Shown: positions 40,531 to 50,753 of the stretch, in pieces | Layout of the letters: each line of letters opens with the position of its first letter | Numbering within the stretch: position 1 is the first letter of the stretch | Assembly: GCA_963821585.1 (NCBI GenBank) | Contig: CAWGEI010000005.1 | Coordinates: 6,603-70,602, forward strand | Direction: 5' to 3' | DNA: 64,000 nt | From: an uncultured Acidobacteriota bacterium | GTDB lineage: Bacteria; Acidobacteriota; Thermoanaerobaculia; Gp7-AA8 | Translations under genes and position numbers: made by a program | Notes under the pieces: generated by a model | Seen by the model: only the letters and a program-made list of their open reading frames with translations | Told to the model about the DNA's origin: nothing | Database searches by the model: none

Positions 40531-40618
40531 AGAGCGCGGAGCGCAGAGGGCAGAGCGCAGAAGGCCACCGCCCCACCACCGAGTTCTTCTGCCCTCTGCG
40601 CTCTGCCCTCTGCGCTCT
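40531..40618. repeat. Hairpin with arms built from 7-nt AGAGCGC/AGAGGGC sub-repeats; fills the divergent intergenic region
   Basis: AGAGCGCGGAGCGCAGAGGGCAGAGCGCAGAAGG ... TTCTTCTGCCCTCTGCGCTCTGCCCTCTGCGCTCT. Confidence 0.88.
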
Positions 40619-40621
40619 ACA

Positions 40622-40876
40622 ATGCGGACCGTGACCGTGCGCCTCCTCTTCTTTGCCGTCCTCCGCGACATCGCGGGGACCGATTCCCGCGAGCTCGCGC
40701 TGGCGGACGGGACGACGGCGCGCGACGTGTGGCAATCGCTACGCGGGGAGTTCGCGAAGCTGGCCGACTACACCCAGCCGCCGATGATCGCCGTCAACGA
40801 GAGCTACGCCGATCCCGAGACCATCCTTCGCGACGGCGACGAGCTCGCGTTCATCCCCCCCGTGGCCGGCGGTTGA
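40622..40876 (+). CDS. moaD: Molybdopterin synthase sulfur carrier subunit (MoaD/ThiS fold, C-terminal GG)
   Basis: 84 aa: MRTVTVRLLFFAVLRDIAG...DGDELAFIPPVAGG*. Confidence 0.85.
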   Translation: MRTVTVRLLFFAVLRDIAGTDSRELALADGTTARDVWQSLRGEFAKLADYTQPPMIAVNESYADPETILRDGDELAFIPPVAGG

Positions 40877-40878
40877 CG

Positions 40879-41295
40879 ATGCCCTACCTCACCGACGACC
40901 CGATCGATCCCCGCGCGCTCGTCGAGCGCGTCATGCGCCGTTCCGACGGCGCGTACGTCCTCTTCGAAGGCGTCGTGCGCAACCACCACGAAGGCCGGGC
41001 CGTCGAGTCGATCTTCTACGACGCCTACCGTCCCATGGCCGAGAAGGAGATCGATACGATCGTGCGCGAGATCGCCGCTCGCTACCCCGACGTCGCCCTC
41101 GCCATCCTCCACCGCCTCGGCCACCTCATCGTCGGCGACTCCTCGATCGCGATCGTCGCGTCGTCGCCGCACCGCGCCGAGGCGTTCGAGGCCTGCCGGA
41201 TGATGATCGACCGCATCAAAGAGACCGTCCCCATCTGGAAGAAAGAGCGCGGCCCGAATGGCGAGGAGTGGGTCGGATGGCAGGGCCGATGCTGA
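40879..41295 (+). CDS. moaE: Molybdopterin synthase catalytic subunit
   Basis: 138 aa: GAYVLFEGVVRNHHEGRAV...IVASSPHRAEAFEACRMMIDRIKETVPIWKKE. Confidence 0.9.
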   Translation: MPYLTDDPIDPRALVERVMRRSDGAYVLFEGVVRNHHEGRAVESIFYDAYRPMAEKEIDTIVREIAARYPDVALAILHRLGHLIVGDSSIAIVASSPHRAEAFEACRMMIDRIKETVPIWKKERGPNGEEWVGWQGRC

Positions 41296-41924
41296 GCGAC
41301 GAAGTCCCAGCCCTGCCCGCGGCGAGCGCCATCGTCCTCCGCGAGCCATTCGAGATCCTGATGATGCGCCGCCACGCCGGCGCGTCGTTCATGCCCAACG
41401 CCTGGGTCTTTCCCGGCGGCATCGCCGAGGAGCTCGATCACGAGCTCGGCGGACTGAAAGTCACCGCCGTGCGCGAGACCTTCGAAGAGACCGGCGTCTG
41501 GCTCGCCGCGCCGCTCGAAGACCCGGAGCACAAACGCCGGCGCCTCCTCGCCGGCAGCACATCCATCCGGCACCTGCTGGCCGAGGCGCCGTTCGATCCC
41601 GGGACCCTCATCCTCACCTCCCGCTGGATCACGCCCATCGGCGTCCCGAAACGCTTCGACACGTACTTCTACCTGGCCAGGGCCCCCCGCGACACGATCG
41701 CGACCGCCGAGGACCACGAGTCCGTCGACGTCACCTGGATCCATCCCGAAGCAGCGCTCGCGAAACACGCCGCCCGCGAGATGCAGATGGTCTTTCCCAC
41801 CCTGCGCAACCTCGAGGCGCTGTGCGGCTTCGACAGCATCGACGCATTGATCGAGTCGCGCCGCGGCATCACCGTCGAGCCGATCATCCCCGTGCTCGTG
41901 GATGGCAAACCAACGCTGAAGTGA
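41268..41924 (+). CDS. NUDIX hydrolase
   Basis: 218 aa. Nudix box GGIAEELDHELGGLKVTAVRETFEETGV. The start is uncertain; several ATG codons lie within the moaE overlap. Confidence 0.85.
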   Translation: MGRMAGPMLSDEVPALPAASAIVLREPFEILMMRRHAGASFMPNAWVFPGGIAEELDHELGGLKVTAVRETFEETGVWLAAPLEDPEHKRRRLLAGSTSIRHLLAEAPFDPGTLILTSRWITPIGVPKRFDTYFYLARAPRDTIATAEDHESVDVTWIHPEAALAKHAAREMQMVFPTLRNLEALCGFDSIDALIESRRGITVEPIIPVLVDGKPTLK

Positions 41925-41926
41925 CC

Positions 41927-42676
41927 ATGGACATCCGCTCCATCACCGCCCCGAACCCCGGCCCGTTCACCCTCGACGGCACGCGCACCTACCTCCTCGG
42001 CGAGACGGCGGTCCTCGACCCCGGTCCCGCGATCGGCTCGCACATCGATGCGATTCACGCCGCGATGCCGCGTCTCGAGACCATCCTCATCACCCACCGC
42101 CACGGCGATCACGCGCCCGCCGCGGTGCCCCTGAAACAGCGCACCGGCGCGCGGATCATCGCGCCGCGCAACGTCCTCGATAGCGGATTGGACAAGGTCG
42201 ACCAGCGCGTCGAAGGCGGAGAAGTCCTGTCCATCGGCGGCGTCGAGGTCGAAGTGATCGCCACCCCCGGCCACACGAACGAGCACGTGTGCTATCTGAC
42301 GTCCGAGGGCGACCTCTTCACCGGCGACACCATCCTCGGCGCCGGCACCACCGCCATCTTCCCTCCCGACGGCCACATGGGCGACTACCTCCGCTCCCTG
42401 CAGATCCTCCGCGAGCGCAACCCGAAACGGATCCACCCCGCCCACGGTCCCACCCGCGACGACGCCGTCGCGCTCATCGACGAGTACATCACCCACCGTC
42501 TGGCCCGCGAGCGCCAGATCCTCGCCGCAATCGCCGCGGGCGCGCAGACGCTGCAGGACCTGCGCAAGCGCGTCTATCCGGTGCTCAACCCTCAGCTCCA
42601 CGGCGCCGCGGAGATCCAGCTGACCGCGCACCTGATCAAGCTGCGCGAAGAGGGCCGCACCACCCTGTCATTCTGA
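41927..42676 (+). CDS. MBL-fold metallo-hydrolase
   Basis: 249 aa: ILITHRHGDHAPAA...TPGHTNEHVC. The stop TGA lies inside the family-3 repeat. Confidence 0.88.
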   Translation: MDIRSITAPNPGPFTLDGTRTYLLGETAVLDPGPAIGSHIDAIHAAMPRLETILITHRHGDHAPAAVPLKQRTGARIIAPRNVLDSGLDKVDQRVEGGEVLSIGGVEVEVIATPGHTNEHVCYLTSEGDLFTGDTILGAGTTAIFPPDGHMGDYLRSLQILRERNPKRIHPAHGPTRDDAVALIDEYITHRLARERQILAAIAAGAQTLQDLRKRVYPVLNPQLHGAAEIQLTAHLIKLREEGRTTLSF

Positions 42677-42766
42677 GCCGCGTAGACGGCGAAGAATCCC
42701 CCGCCGAAGCATACGACGCGCTCAACGCACGGGATCCTTCGCCGTCTACGCGGCTCAGGATGACAG
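42665..42766. repeat. Family-3 hairpin element (GTCATCCTGAGC...GCGTAGAC...GAAGGATCC type), copy 1
   Basis: CTGTCATTCTGAGCCGCGTAGACGGCGAAGAATCC ... GGATCCTTCGCCGTCTACGCGGCTCAGGATGACAG. Confidence 0.9.
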
Positions 42767-42767
42767 G

Positions 42768-43223
42768 TCAGCGCGGGATTACCGTCCTGATGAAGCTCTT
42801 GTTCACGAAGTACGTGTCGTCCTCGGCGTCGATGCGCACGAACGACTCCGTCTGATCGTTCAGCACGTCCGAGATGCGCGAGGACTCGCGGGGGCGGTCG
42901 CCGATGGGGATCATTCCTTCGATGCGCGTGCCGTCCGCGAGCTCGAGGATGGTCAGCTTCTCGATCATCGTCGAGTCGAGGTCCACGATGTCCGGGAGCT
43001 TCTCGTAGCGTACCCAGAGGACCTGGTCGCGATTGAGCATCTTCGGCACGCCGGCGCAGACCATAGGGAAGAAGCGCCGCCTCCCGTTGAGATAGTCGGC
43101 GACGGACTCCGGGCCGTCGCGCCGCTCCGCGTACGGCGCCAGATAGAGAAAGTGCTCCTCGGGCTCGGCGCGTGCGAGAGCGACGATCACCGCGACCTCG
43201 ATCATCGGGACCTGGTAGGCCAT
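42768..43223 (-). CDS. Hypothetical protein
   Basis: 151 aa with non-repetitive, protein-like composition. No family recognised. Confidence 0.6.
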   Translation of the reverse strand: MAYQVPMIEVAVIVALARAEPEEHFLYLAPYAERRDGPESVADYLNGRRRFFPMVCAGVPKMLNRDQVLWVRYEKLPDIVDLDSTMIEKLTILELADGTRIEGMIPIGDRPRESSRISDVLNDQTESFVRIDAEDDTYFVNKSFIRTVIPR

Positions 43224-43249
43224 TCGTGCGCAATAGAATACGACGCGAC

Positions 43250-44173
43250 ATGAAACACAAAGACTTCATCGAAGTAACCGACTACACCGCGGACGAGGTC
43301 CTGGAGCTCTTCCGCCTCGCCGCGGACATGAAGAAAGACAAGGACCAGTACCGCACCGCGCTGGCGGGGCAGACGCTGGCGATGATCTTCGAGAAATCGT
43401 CGACGCGCACGCGGGTCTCGTTCGAGGTGGGGATGTACCAGCTCGGCGGCCACGCGCTGTTCCTCTCCTCGCGCGACATCCAGCTCGGCCGCGGCGAGCC
43501 GATCACCGACACCGCGCGCGTGCTCTCGCGCTACGTCGACGGCATCATGGCCCGCACTTTCGCGCACAAGACCGTCACCGACCTCGCCGAGTACGCGACC
43601 GTACCCGTGATCAACGGACTCACGGACCTCTCGCACCCCTGCCAGTCGATGACCGACTACTTCACCGCGTGGGAGAGGTTCGGCGGCAATCTCAAGGGCC
43701 GCAAGATGGCGTACGTCGGCGACGGCAACAACATGGCCCACTCGCTCCTCGTCGCCGCGCCGAAGGTGGGCATGGACATCGCTGTAGCCACTCCCGCGGA
43801 CTACGCCCCGAACGCCGAGGTCGTGGCGGAGGCGCAGGCAGCCGCGCGCGAGGCGGGAACGAAAGTGATCCTCACGAACTCGATGGACGAAGCCATCAAA
43901 GACGCCGACATCGTCGAGACCGACGTGTGGGCGTCGATGGGACAGGAAGCCGAGGCCGAGAAGCGCAACCGCGACTTCCACGGCTGGATGGTCGACGCCC
44001 GCCACATGGCCTCGGCGAAGAAGGACGCGATCTTCATGCACTGCCTCCCCGCCCACCGCGGCGAGGAAGTCGCGGCCGAAGTCATCGACAGCCCGGCATC
44101 CGTAATCTACGACGAAGCGGAGAATCGCCTGCACGTGCAGAAGGCGATCATGTATACCTTGATGAAGAAGTAG
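43250..44173 (+). CDS. argF: Ornithine carbamoyltransferase
   Basis: MKHKDFIEVTDYT...FEKSSTRTRVSFE...HPCQ...HCLPAHRGEE. Start is at ATG 43250; the ORF track starts at 43172. Confidence 0.93.
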   Translation: MKHKDFIEVTDYTADEVLELFRLAADMKKDKDQYRTALAGQTLAMIFEKSSTRTRVSFEVGMYQLGGHALFLSSRDIQLGRGEPITDTARVLSRYVDGIMARTFAHKTVTDLAEYATVPVINGLTDLSHPCQSMTDYFTAWERFGGNLKGRKMAYVGDGNNMAHSLLVAAPKVGMDIAVATPADYAPNAEVVAEAQAAAREAGTKVILTNSMDEAIKDADIVETDVWASMGQEAEAEKRNRDFHGWMVDARHMASAKKDAIFMHCLPAHRGEEVAAEVIDSPASVIYDEAENRLHVQKAIMYTLMKK

Positions 44174-44174
44174 G

Positions 44175-44262
44175 CAGTCGACAGTTGGCAGTTGACAGGA
44201 GAGCCCGCACACCCCCGGCGTTCTCCCTCTCCTGCCAACTGCCAACTGCAAACTGTCAACTG
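44175..44262. repeat. Hairpin with arms built from 7-nt CAGTTGG/CAGTTGA sub-repeats
   Basis: CAGTCGACAGTTGGCAGTTGACAGGAGAG ... CTCTCCTGCCAACTGCCAACTGCAAACTGTCAACTG. Confidence 0.88.
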
Positions 44263-44264
44263 AA

Positions 44265-45269
44265 ATGGCAGACGCTCACACACGCCACGGCCGCGGCCTC
44301 GTCGTCGTCATCTTTCTGGCCGTCGTCTTCTTCGCACTCCTCGCCCTGATCATCCTCAGATCGGGCGGAGGAAAGAGCGAGGAAGCGGCGGCGGTCGAGA
44401 CGTTGACGGTGCTGCCGGCGCGCGTCCGCATGCGCACCGAGCCGCAGGCGCGCGCGCCCGTCGTGGCGACGCCGACGAGCGGCGACCGCCTCACGCTGCT
44501 CGAGGACCGCGGCGCGTGGGTCCGCGTGCAGACCGCGGACGGCCTGGTCGGCTGGGCCGAGCGCTCCGCGCTGGAGAAGACGGCCGAGGTGCAACGGCGG
44601 ATGCAGCGGTACGAGGCGATCCGGAAACTGCCGCCGCTGCAGGGCGAAGCCACCGATCGCGTCCAGCTCTACGCCGGCCCGGGCATCTTCTATCCGCTGA
44701 TGGGAGAGATCGCGGCGGGCACGCAGGTCGTCGTCTACACGCGCGATCACGACTTCTACGTCGTCGAGCACGGCAAGGCCATCGCGTACGCGAACGTCGA
44801 CGCGATCGACCTCAGCGCGTCCGGCACGCGCCAGCTCGACGTCCGGACCGCGAGCCTGCCGCAGACCGGGACCGCCGCGACCGAAACGCAGCCGCCCGTC
44901 GCCGACACCGCCGTCGCGGAGCCTCCGCCGATCACCGAAACGCAGCCCGAACCGGAGCCGGTGGAGCGCTCCACGGGCGTCTACAGCGCCGTGCCTCCCG
45001 GCGGAACGCAACCCGAGGAGCTGGATCGCGTCGTGCCGCGCTATCCGCCCGCCGCGCGACGCGCGGGCGTCGCCGGCGCCGTCGTGGTCCGCGGGATCGT
45101 CCGCCGCGACGGTACGATCGACAACGTCGAGATCCTCAAGGACCTCCCCCACGGCCTCGGCGACGAAGCGCGCCGCGCGGTGAGCCGCTGGCGCTTCCGC
45201 CCGGCAACGTTCCGCGGCGAGCCGATCGACGTGTATTACACGGTGACGGTGAATTTCAAACTGCAGTAG
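44265..45269 (+). CDS. TM + tandem SH3-like domains + Pro-rich linker + TonB C-terminal domain protein
   Basis: 334 aa. [46 protein letters not shown] is SH3_3-like. [18 protein letters not shown]...[12 protein letters not shown]...[24 protein letters not shown] is TonB_C-like. Confidence 0.85.
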   Translation: MADAHTRHGRGLVVVIFLAVVFFALLALIILRSGGGKSEEAAAVETLTVLPARVRMRTEPQARAPVVATPTSGDRLTLLEDRGAWVRVQTADGLVGWAERSALEKTAEVQRRMQRYEAIRKLPPLQGEATDRVQLYAGPGIFYPLMGEIAAGTQVVVYTRDHDFYVVEHGKAIAYANVDAIDLSASGTRQLDVRTASLPQTGTAATETQPPVADTAVAEPPPITETQPEPEPVERSTGVYSAVPPGGTQPEELDRVVPRYPPAARRAGVAGAVVVRGIVRRDGTIDNVEILKDLPHGLGDEARRAVSRWRFRPATFRGEPIDVYYTVTVNFKLQ

Positions 45270-45287
45270 CGCGTTCTGATCGCGCCC

Positions 45288-46226
45288 ATGTCCCGCTTCA
45301 CCTTCCCCCATGCTCCCGGCGATCTCATCGGTGCACACCTCTCGACGCAGGGAGGGCTGCACACGATCTTCGAGCGCGCGTCCGCCATCGGCGCAACCGC
45401 CGCGGCGCTGTTCGCGAAGAACGGAAACCAGTGGCTAGGGAAGACGCTCACGGACGAGCACTGTGCGACGTTCGCGTCGCAGCGCAACGTGGCGCCGCTG
45501 CTCACGCACGCGTCGTATCTGATCAACCTCGCGGGAACAAACGAGGACTTCCACCGCAAGTCGATCGCCGCGCTGATCGACGAGCTCGATCGCGCCGAAC
45601 GCCTCGGCATTCACGCCGTCGTCCTCCACCCCGGTGCGCACCTGGGCGCGGGCTCCGCTGCAGGGGTAGACCGCATCGCCCGCTCGCTGGACCAGGTCCA
45701 TGCGGCAATCCCGCACCATCGCGTCGTCACGCTGCTGGAGACGGGCGCGGGACAGGGCACGTGCGTCGGCTGCACGTTCGAGGAGCTGGGCCGCATGATC
45801 CGGCTCGTCGACGATCCCAAGCGCGTCGGCATCTGCTTCGACACCTGTCACGTGTTCGCCGCCGGCTACGAGATGCGCACGCGCGACGCGTACGAGCGAA
45901 CCATGGACGAGCTGATCCGCCACGTGGGCCTGGACAACGTCGGCGCGTTCCACCTCAACGACTCGAAGAAACTCCTCGGCTCCCGCGTCGACCGCCACAC
46001 CCACATCGGCGAAGGCGAGCTCGGACTGGAGCCGTTCCGCTTCCTGCTCAACGACCCGCGGTTCGCGCGCATCCCGAAGGTGATCGAGACGCCGAAGGAC
46101 GTGGAGACGATTTCGGACCAGCGCAATTTGCGCGTGTTGCGGTCGCTGATCGGGGAGTCTCAAAGTCGGAAAGTCTCAAAGTCTCAAAGAAGAAGACGAA
46201 CGGCTGCTGTCGCAGCATCTCTTTGA
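45288..46226 (+). CDS. nfo: Endonuclease IV (deoxyribonuclease IV)
   Basis: 312 aa: IGAHLS...HASYLINLA...VLHPGAH...LETGAGQG...CFDTCH...HLNDSK. The last about 25 codons ([24 protein letters not shown]) are encoded by the downstream hairpin repeat. Confidence 0.9.
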   Translation: MSRFTFPHAPGDLIGAHLSTQGGLHTIFERASAIGATAAALFAKNGNQWLGKTLTDEHCATFASQRNVAPLLTHASYLINLAGTNEDFHRKSIAALIDELDRAERLGIHAVVLHPGAHLGAGSAAGVDRIARSLDQVHAAIPHHRVVTLLETGAGQGTCVGCTFEELGRMIRLVDDPKRVGICFDTCHVFAAGYEMRTRDAYERTMDELIRHVGLDNVGAFHLNDSKKLLGSRVDRHTHIGEGELGLEPFRFLLNDPRFARIPKVIETPKDVETISDQRNLRVLRSLIGESQSRKVSKSQRRRRTAAVAASL

Positions 46227-46245
46227 GACTTTGCGACTTTGAGAC
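46155..46245. repeat. Hairpin with arms built from 8-nt GTCTCAAA sub-repeats
   Basis: GAGTCTCAAAGTCGGAAAGTCTCAAAGTCTCAAAGAAG ... CTCTTTGAGACTTTGCGACTTTGAGAC. The loop holds its own mini-hairpin, GCTGC-tgtc-GCAGC. Confidence 0.88.
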
Positions 46246-46291
46246 CCCGTATTGCGAGGGTCGTGACGGTTCAGCTAGAGTGCGGCGCCAA

Positions 46292-47540
<1,249 letters not shown>

Positions 47541-47542
<2 letters not shown>

Positions 47543-47712
47543 GCTGGAATCAGCAAAATGATGCTGGAGCCAGCTCCACGATGCTGTGGCCAGCTCAAAT
47601 GTGCTGGAAACAGCAGGAAAATGCTGGCGCCAGCAAAATAATGCTGCGGCCAACAAAATAATGCTGCGGCCAGCTCCAGAAATGCCGGACCAGCACGAAA
47701 ATGCTGGAATTA
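47541..47712. repeat. Tandem array of about 9 x 20-bp units, each with a GCTGGNNCCAGC dyad
   Basis: Units start at 47541, 47561, 47581, 47601, 47621, 47641, 47661, 47682 and 47701. The consensus is about ATGCTGGNGCCAGCNAAAAT. Confidence 0.88.
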
Positions 47713-47770
47713 ACTCGTTCGACGATTTTTCCAGCTCGCCAGAGCTCCGCGCAGCATTTATGGAGTGCCG

Positions 47771-47857
47771 GTGTCATCCTGAGTCGCGTAGACGCGGAGG
47801 ACCTTCCCCCCTGCCACGTGGAAGGTCCTTCGCTGTCTACGCAGCTCAGGATGACAC
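47771..47857. repeat. Family-3 hairpin element, copy 2
   Basis: GTGTCATCCTGAGTCGCGTAGACGCGGAGGACCTTCC ... GGAAGGTCCTTCGCTGTCTACGCAGCTCAGGATGACAC. Confidence 0.9.
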
Positions 47858-47912
47858 CTTGGATGACACCTGGGCACACGCCTCTGAAACCCCGCGTTGT
47901 GGCAGCCGTAGG

Positions 47913-48068
47913 CCGTACCGGCGAGCCGCCGGTGGACCGGCCGGCCAGCGGCCGGCGCTCCACATGTGCCCTCACCCCGCTCGTCGAGAAGGCGAACGAC
48001 GCACGAGCAGACGCAGGAAGGCGCGCCGGCTGCCAGCCGGCCGGTCCACCGGCGGCTCGCCGGTGCGG
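47913..48068. repeat. Long GC-rich inverted repeat (about 46-nt arms, about 64-nt spacer)
   Basis: CCGTACCGGCGAGCCGCCGGTGGACCGGCCGGCCAGCGGCCGGCGC ... GCGCCGGCTGCCAGCCGGCCGGTCCACCGGCGGCTCGCCGGTGCGG. Confidence 0.85.
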
Positions 48069-48090
48069 GGCCTGTGGTGAATGCAAGACC

Positions 48091-48978
48091 TCACGCGCTG
48101 GCGGCGCGGAATTCGAGGAACCAGGGCTCGCGGCGGCCGAATTTGGTCGCGAGGGCTACGCCGACGCCGAAGATGCTGGACAGGGACCAGAGGATGGTTC
48201 CGACGACGGGGATGAAGCGCAACGAACCGAGAAGCAACACGCCGATCACGACCATGGCCAGGTCGCCGCGGAGCCACTTCCGCTGCTCGAGCTGACCGCG
48301 CGAGCGCGCGCCGGCGATCAGGGTGCCCACCGCGTGGAAGACGGCGATCATGCCGTAGATCTTGGTCAGCAGAGCGAACACGGCCAGCGCGGCGAGCAGC
48401 GGGATGCCGACGACGTACGGCACGAGGTAGCTGAACGCGATCGCGGTGAGGACGAAGCTGGTCAGCGCGACGAGGCCGAGGACGAAGCAGTGCAGCGCGC
48501 TGGTGCGCACTTCGACGGACGACAGGCGGATCTCACGGCCGCTCATGAGCGTCACCACGATCGCCGCGATCAGCCACACCAGCACCAGCGAGGCGATGAT
48601 GGCATTCTTCGTCAGCGCGCCCGCGGCCCCTTCCAGCGACGCCAGCGGGTAGATCCGGCCACCCACGCGCCCTTCCGCACCCATCAGCGTCGCGCCCGCA
48701 TGGATCAGGTTTCCCTGCACGCGTCCGTTCCCCGCGAACGTCACCTTCCCGCCGATGACCAGCAGATCGCCAGCGATCACTTCCCGCAGCAGGAGCGTCC
48801 CGCCGTAGACCTGCACCGTGCCGAGGACCGGCTCGTCGATGGTCGCGTTCTCGTCGACGAAGTGCGTGTCCGAGGTCGTCGTCCGCGACTGCCCCTTCGC
48901 CCCGGTCGGCAGAACGACCGCGAACAGCGCCACCAGCGCCGCAACGACGGTCAGCGGAACGACGAGCCGTCTAAACAT
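48091..48978 (-). CDS. Membrane protein with an N-terminal bactofilin-like (polymer-forming beta-helix) repeat region and 5-6 TM helices
   Basis: 295 aa: GTVQVYGGTLLLREVIAGDLLVIGGKVTFAGNGRVQGNLIHAGATLMGAEGRVGGRIY, then a hydrophobic C-terminal half. It is the third gene of the ECF sigma operon. Confidence 0.65.
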   Translation of the reverse strand: MFRRLVVPLTVVAALVALFAVVLPTGAKGQSRTTTSDTHFVDENATIDEPVLGTVQVYGGTLLLREVIAGDLLVIGGKVTFAGNGRVQGNLIHAGATLMGAEGRVGGRIYPLASLEGAAGALTKNAIIASLVLVWLIAAIVVTLMSGREIRLSSVEVRTSALHCFVLGLVALTSFVLTAIAFSYLVPYVVGIPLLAALAVFALLTKIYGMIAVFHAVGTLIAGARSRGQLEQRKWLRGDLAMVVIGVLLLGSLRFIPVVGTILWSLSSIFGVGVALATKFGRREPWFLEFRAASA

Positions 48979-49387
48979 CGACTCCCTTCGGCGCGCGGCG
49001 CAGCAGGAAGTACAGGATGGTATTGATGGCCACGAACAGCACCGCGACGAGCGGTCCGCCGATCGCGCGCCCGGTCAGCTGCAAGAACGTGAGCAGCGCT
49101 TCGAGCGACGGCATCGACGACGTGACGACCGTGATCGGAGAGATCCCTGCATACGCCGAGAGCACGATCGCCAGCGTCAGCGCCGACACCAGGCCCGCGC
49201 CGACCAGAGGCCACGTGCGGTGCGACGAGCCTTCCCAGGACGCCAGCGGCAGCGCGTCCACACGGATGGGACGATGCTCGATCTCGAGCGGCAGCGCGAA
49301 GTCCTCCTCGAGCGCGCGGCACTCCGCGCACGACTCGAGGTGAGCCGCGTTCGCCTCCGGATCCTGCAGGTATTCCTCACATGTCAT
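48971..49387 (-). CDS. Anti-sigma factor (zf-HC2-like N-terminus, membrane anchored)
   Basis: 138 aa: MTCEEYLQDPEANAAHLESCAECRALEE, then TM helices. It overlaps the sigma gene by 4 nt. Confidence 0.75.
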   Translation of the reverse strand: MTCEEYLQDPEANAAHLESCAECRALEEDFALPLEIEHRPIRVDALPLASWEGSSHRTWPLVGAGLVSALTLAIVLSAYAGISPITVVTSSMPSLEALLTFLQLTGRAIGGPLVAVLFVAINTILYFLLRRAPKGVDV

Positions 49388-49971
49388 AAAGGTTCCACGA
49401 AAGATCCGAGCGATTCCTTCAGCAAATTCCGCGCTCGGAACAGTTTGTTCTTGACCGTGCCGAGGGGGAGCTTCTTCATCGAAGCGATCTCCTCGTACGA
49501 GAGCTCCGCGAAGTGGCGGAGCTGAATGAGCTCGCGATAATCGGACGGCAACTGCTCGACGGCCTTGTCGATCGCGGCGCTGAGCTGCTTGTTCTTGAGC
49601 GCGCGGTACGGAGAAATGCCGTCGTCGGCAAACTCGCGCTCTTTCCCGCTCGGCTCTTCCTCGGTCGGCCGCGCCAGCGGCACCTCGGAGATCGACTTCT
49701 TCCGCAGCGCATCGATGGCGCTGTTCTGCGCGATCCGGAACAGCCAGGTCGAGAACTGATACTTCGGATCGTAGCGATCGAGTGCGAGATAAACCTTCAC
49801 GAAAATTTCCTGCGCCAGATCGTGCGCGTCTTCGTAGCGATGCGTGATCCGGTACACGTAATTGACGAGCCGCTTCTCGTAGCGGCCCACCAGCGTCGTG
49901 AACAGGTCCCTTTCGCCGCCGAGGATCCGCTCCACGAGGGCGCGGTCATCGAGCTGAACACGTTCTGCCAT
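49384..49971 (-). CDS. ECF-type RNA polymerase sigma-70 family factor
   Basis: 195 aa with region 2 (DAHDLAQEIFVKVY...FSTWLFRIAQN) and region 4 (SYEEIASMKKLPLGTVKNKLFRAR). Confidence 0.92.
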   Translation of the reverse strand: MAERVQLDDRALVERILGGERDLFTTLVGRYEKRLVNYVYRITHRYEDAHDLAQEIFVKVYLALDRYDPKYQFSTWLFRIAQNSAIDALRKKSISEVPLARPTEEEPSGKEREFADDGISPYRALKNKQLSAAIDKAVEQLPSDYRELIQLRHFAELSYEEIASMKKLPLGTVKNKLFRARNLLKESLGSFVEPL

Positions 49972-50030
49972 TCGATTCTACGGGCGTCAGGACTGAAGGT
50001 TGCCCGAGGGCGATGATACCCTGCCGCGGG

Positions 50031-50753
50031 ATGATCGAAATCCAAGATCTCACAAAGAGATACGGCGATTTCACGGCCGTGGATGGCCTCAGCCTTACCG
50101 CCGCGGCCGGTGAGATCTTCGGCTTCCTCGGACCGAACGGGGCCGGAAAGACCACCACCATCCGCATCGTGGCGGGCTTATCCCTGCCGTCCAGCGGCTC
50201 CGTGGTGGTCAACGGAGTCGACGTCATCCACGACGCCGTGCGGGCAAAATCGATCATGGGCTACGTGCCCGACCGGCCGTACCTCTACGAGAAGCTCACC
50301 GGCCGCGAGCTGCTGCACTTCGTCGCCGACCTCTACCGGCGGCCATGGAGCGAGTGCGAGCCGCGCGCGGTCGAGATGCTCCGCTACTTCGACCTCGGCG
50401 ACTGGATCGACGCCCGCATCGAGAACCTGTCGCACGGGATGAAGCAGAAGCTCGTGCTCGTCTCGGCGCTGGTCCACGACCCCACGGTGCTGGTGATCGA
50501 TGAGCCGATGGTCGGCCTGGACGCGCTCGCGCAGAAACAGGTGAAGGTGCTGTTCCGCAACCTCGCGAATGCGGGAAAGACCGTGTTCCTGACGACGCAC
50601 ACGCTGTCGGTGGCGGAAGCGGTGTGCGACCGCATCGCCATCATCAACCGCGGCCGGATCGTCGCGAGCGGCACGACCGCGGAGCTGAAGAAGGATGCGG
50701 CGCTGGAGGACGCGTTCCTGGCGCTGACGTATGACACTTCGACGCCTGGATGA
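50031..50753 (+). CDS. ABC transporter ATP-binding protein (ABC-2 type)
   Basis: MIEIQDLTKRYGDF...GPNGAGKTTT...LSHGMKQKL...LVIDEP. The ORF track starts at 50013. Confidence 0.92.
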   Translation: MIEIQDLTKRYGDFTAVDGLSLTAAAGEIFGFLGPNGAGKTTTIRIVAGLSLPSSGSVVVNGVDVIHDAVRAKSIMGYVPDRPYLYEKLTGRELLHFVADLYRRPWSECEPRAVEMLRYFDLGDWIDARIENLSHGMKQKLVLVSALVHDPTVLVIDEPMVGLDALAQKQVKVLFRNLANAGKTVFLTTHTLSVAEAVCDRIAIINRGRIVASGTTAELKKDAALEDAFLALTYDTSTPG

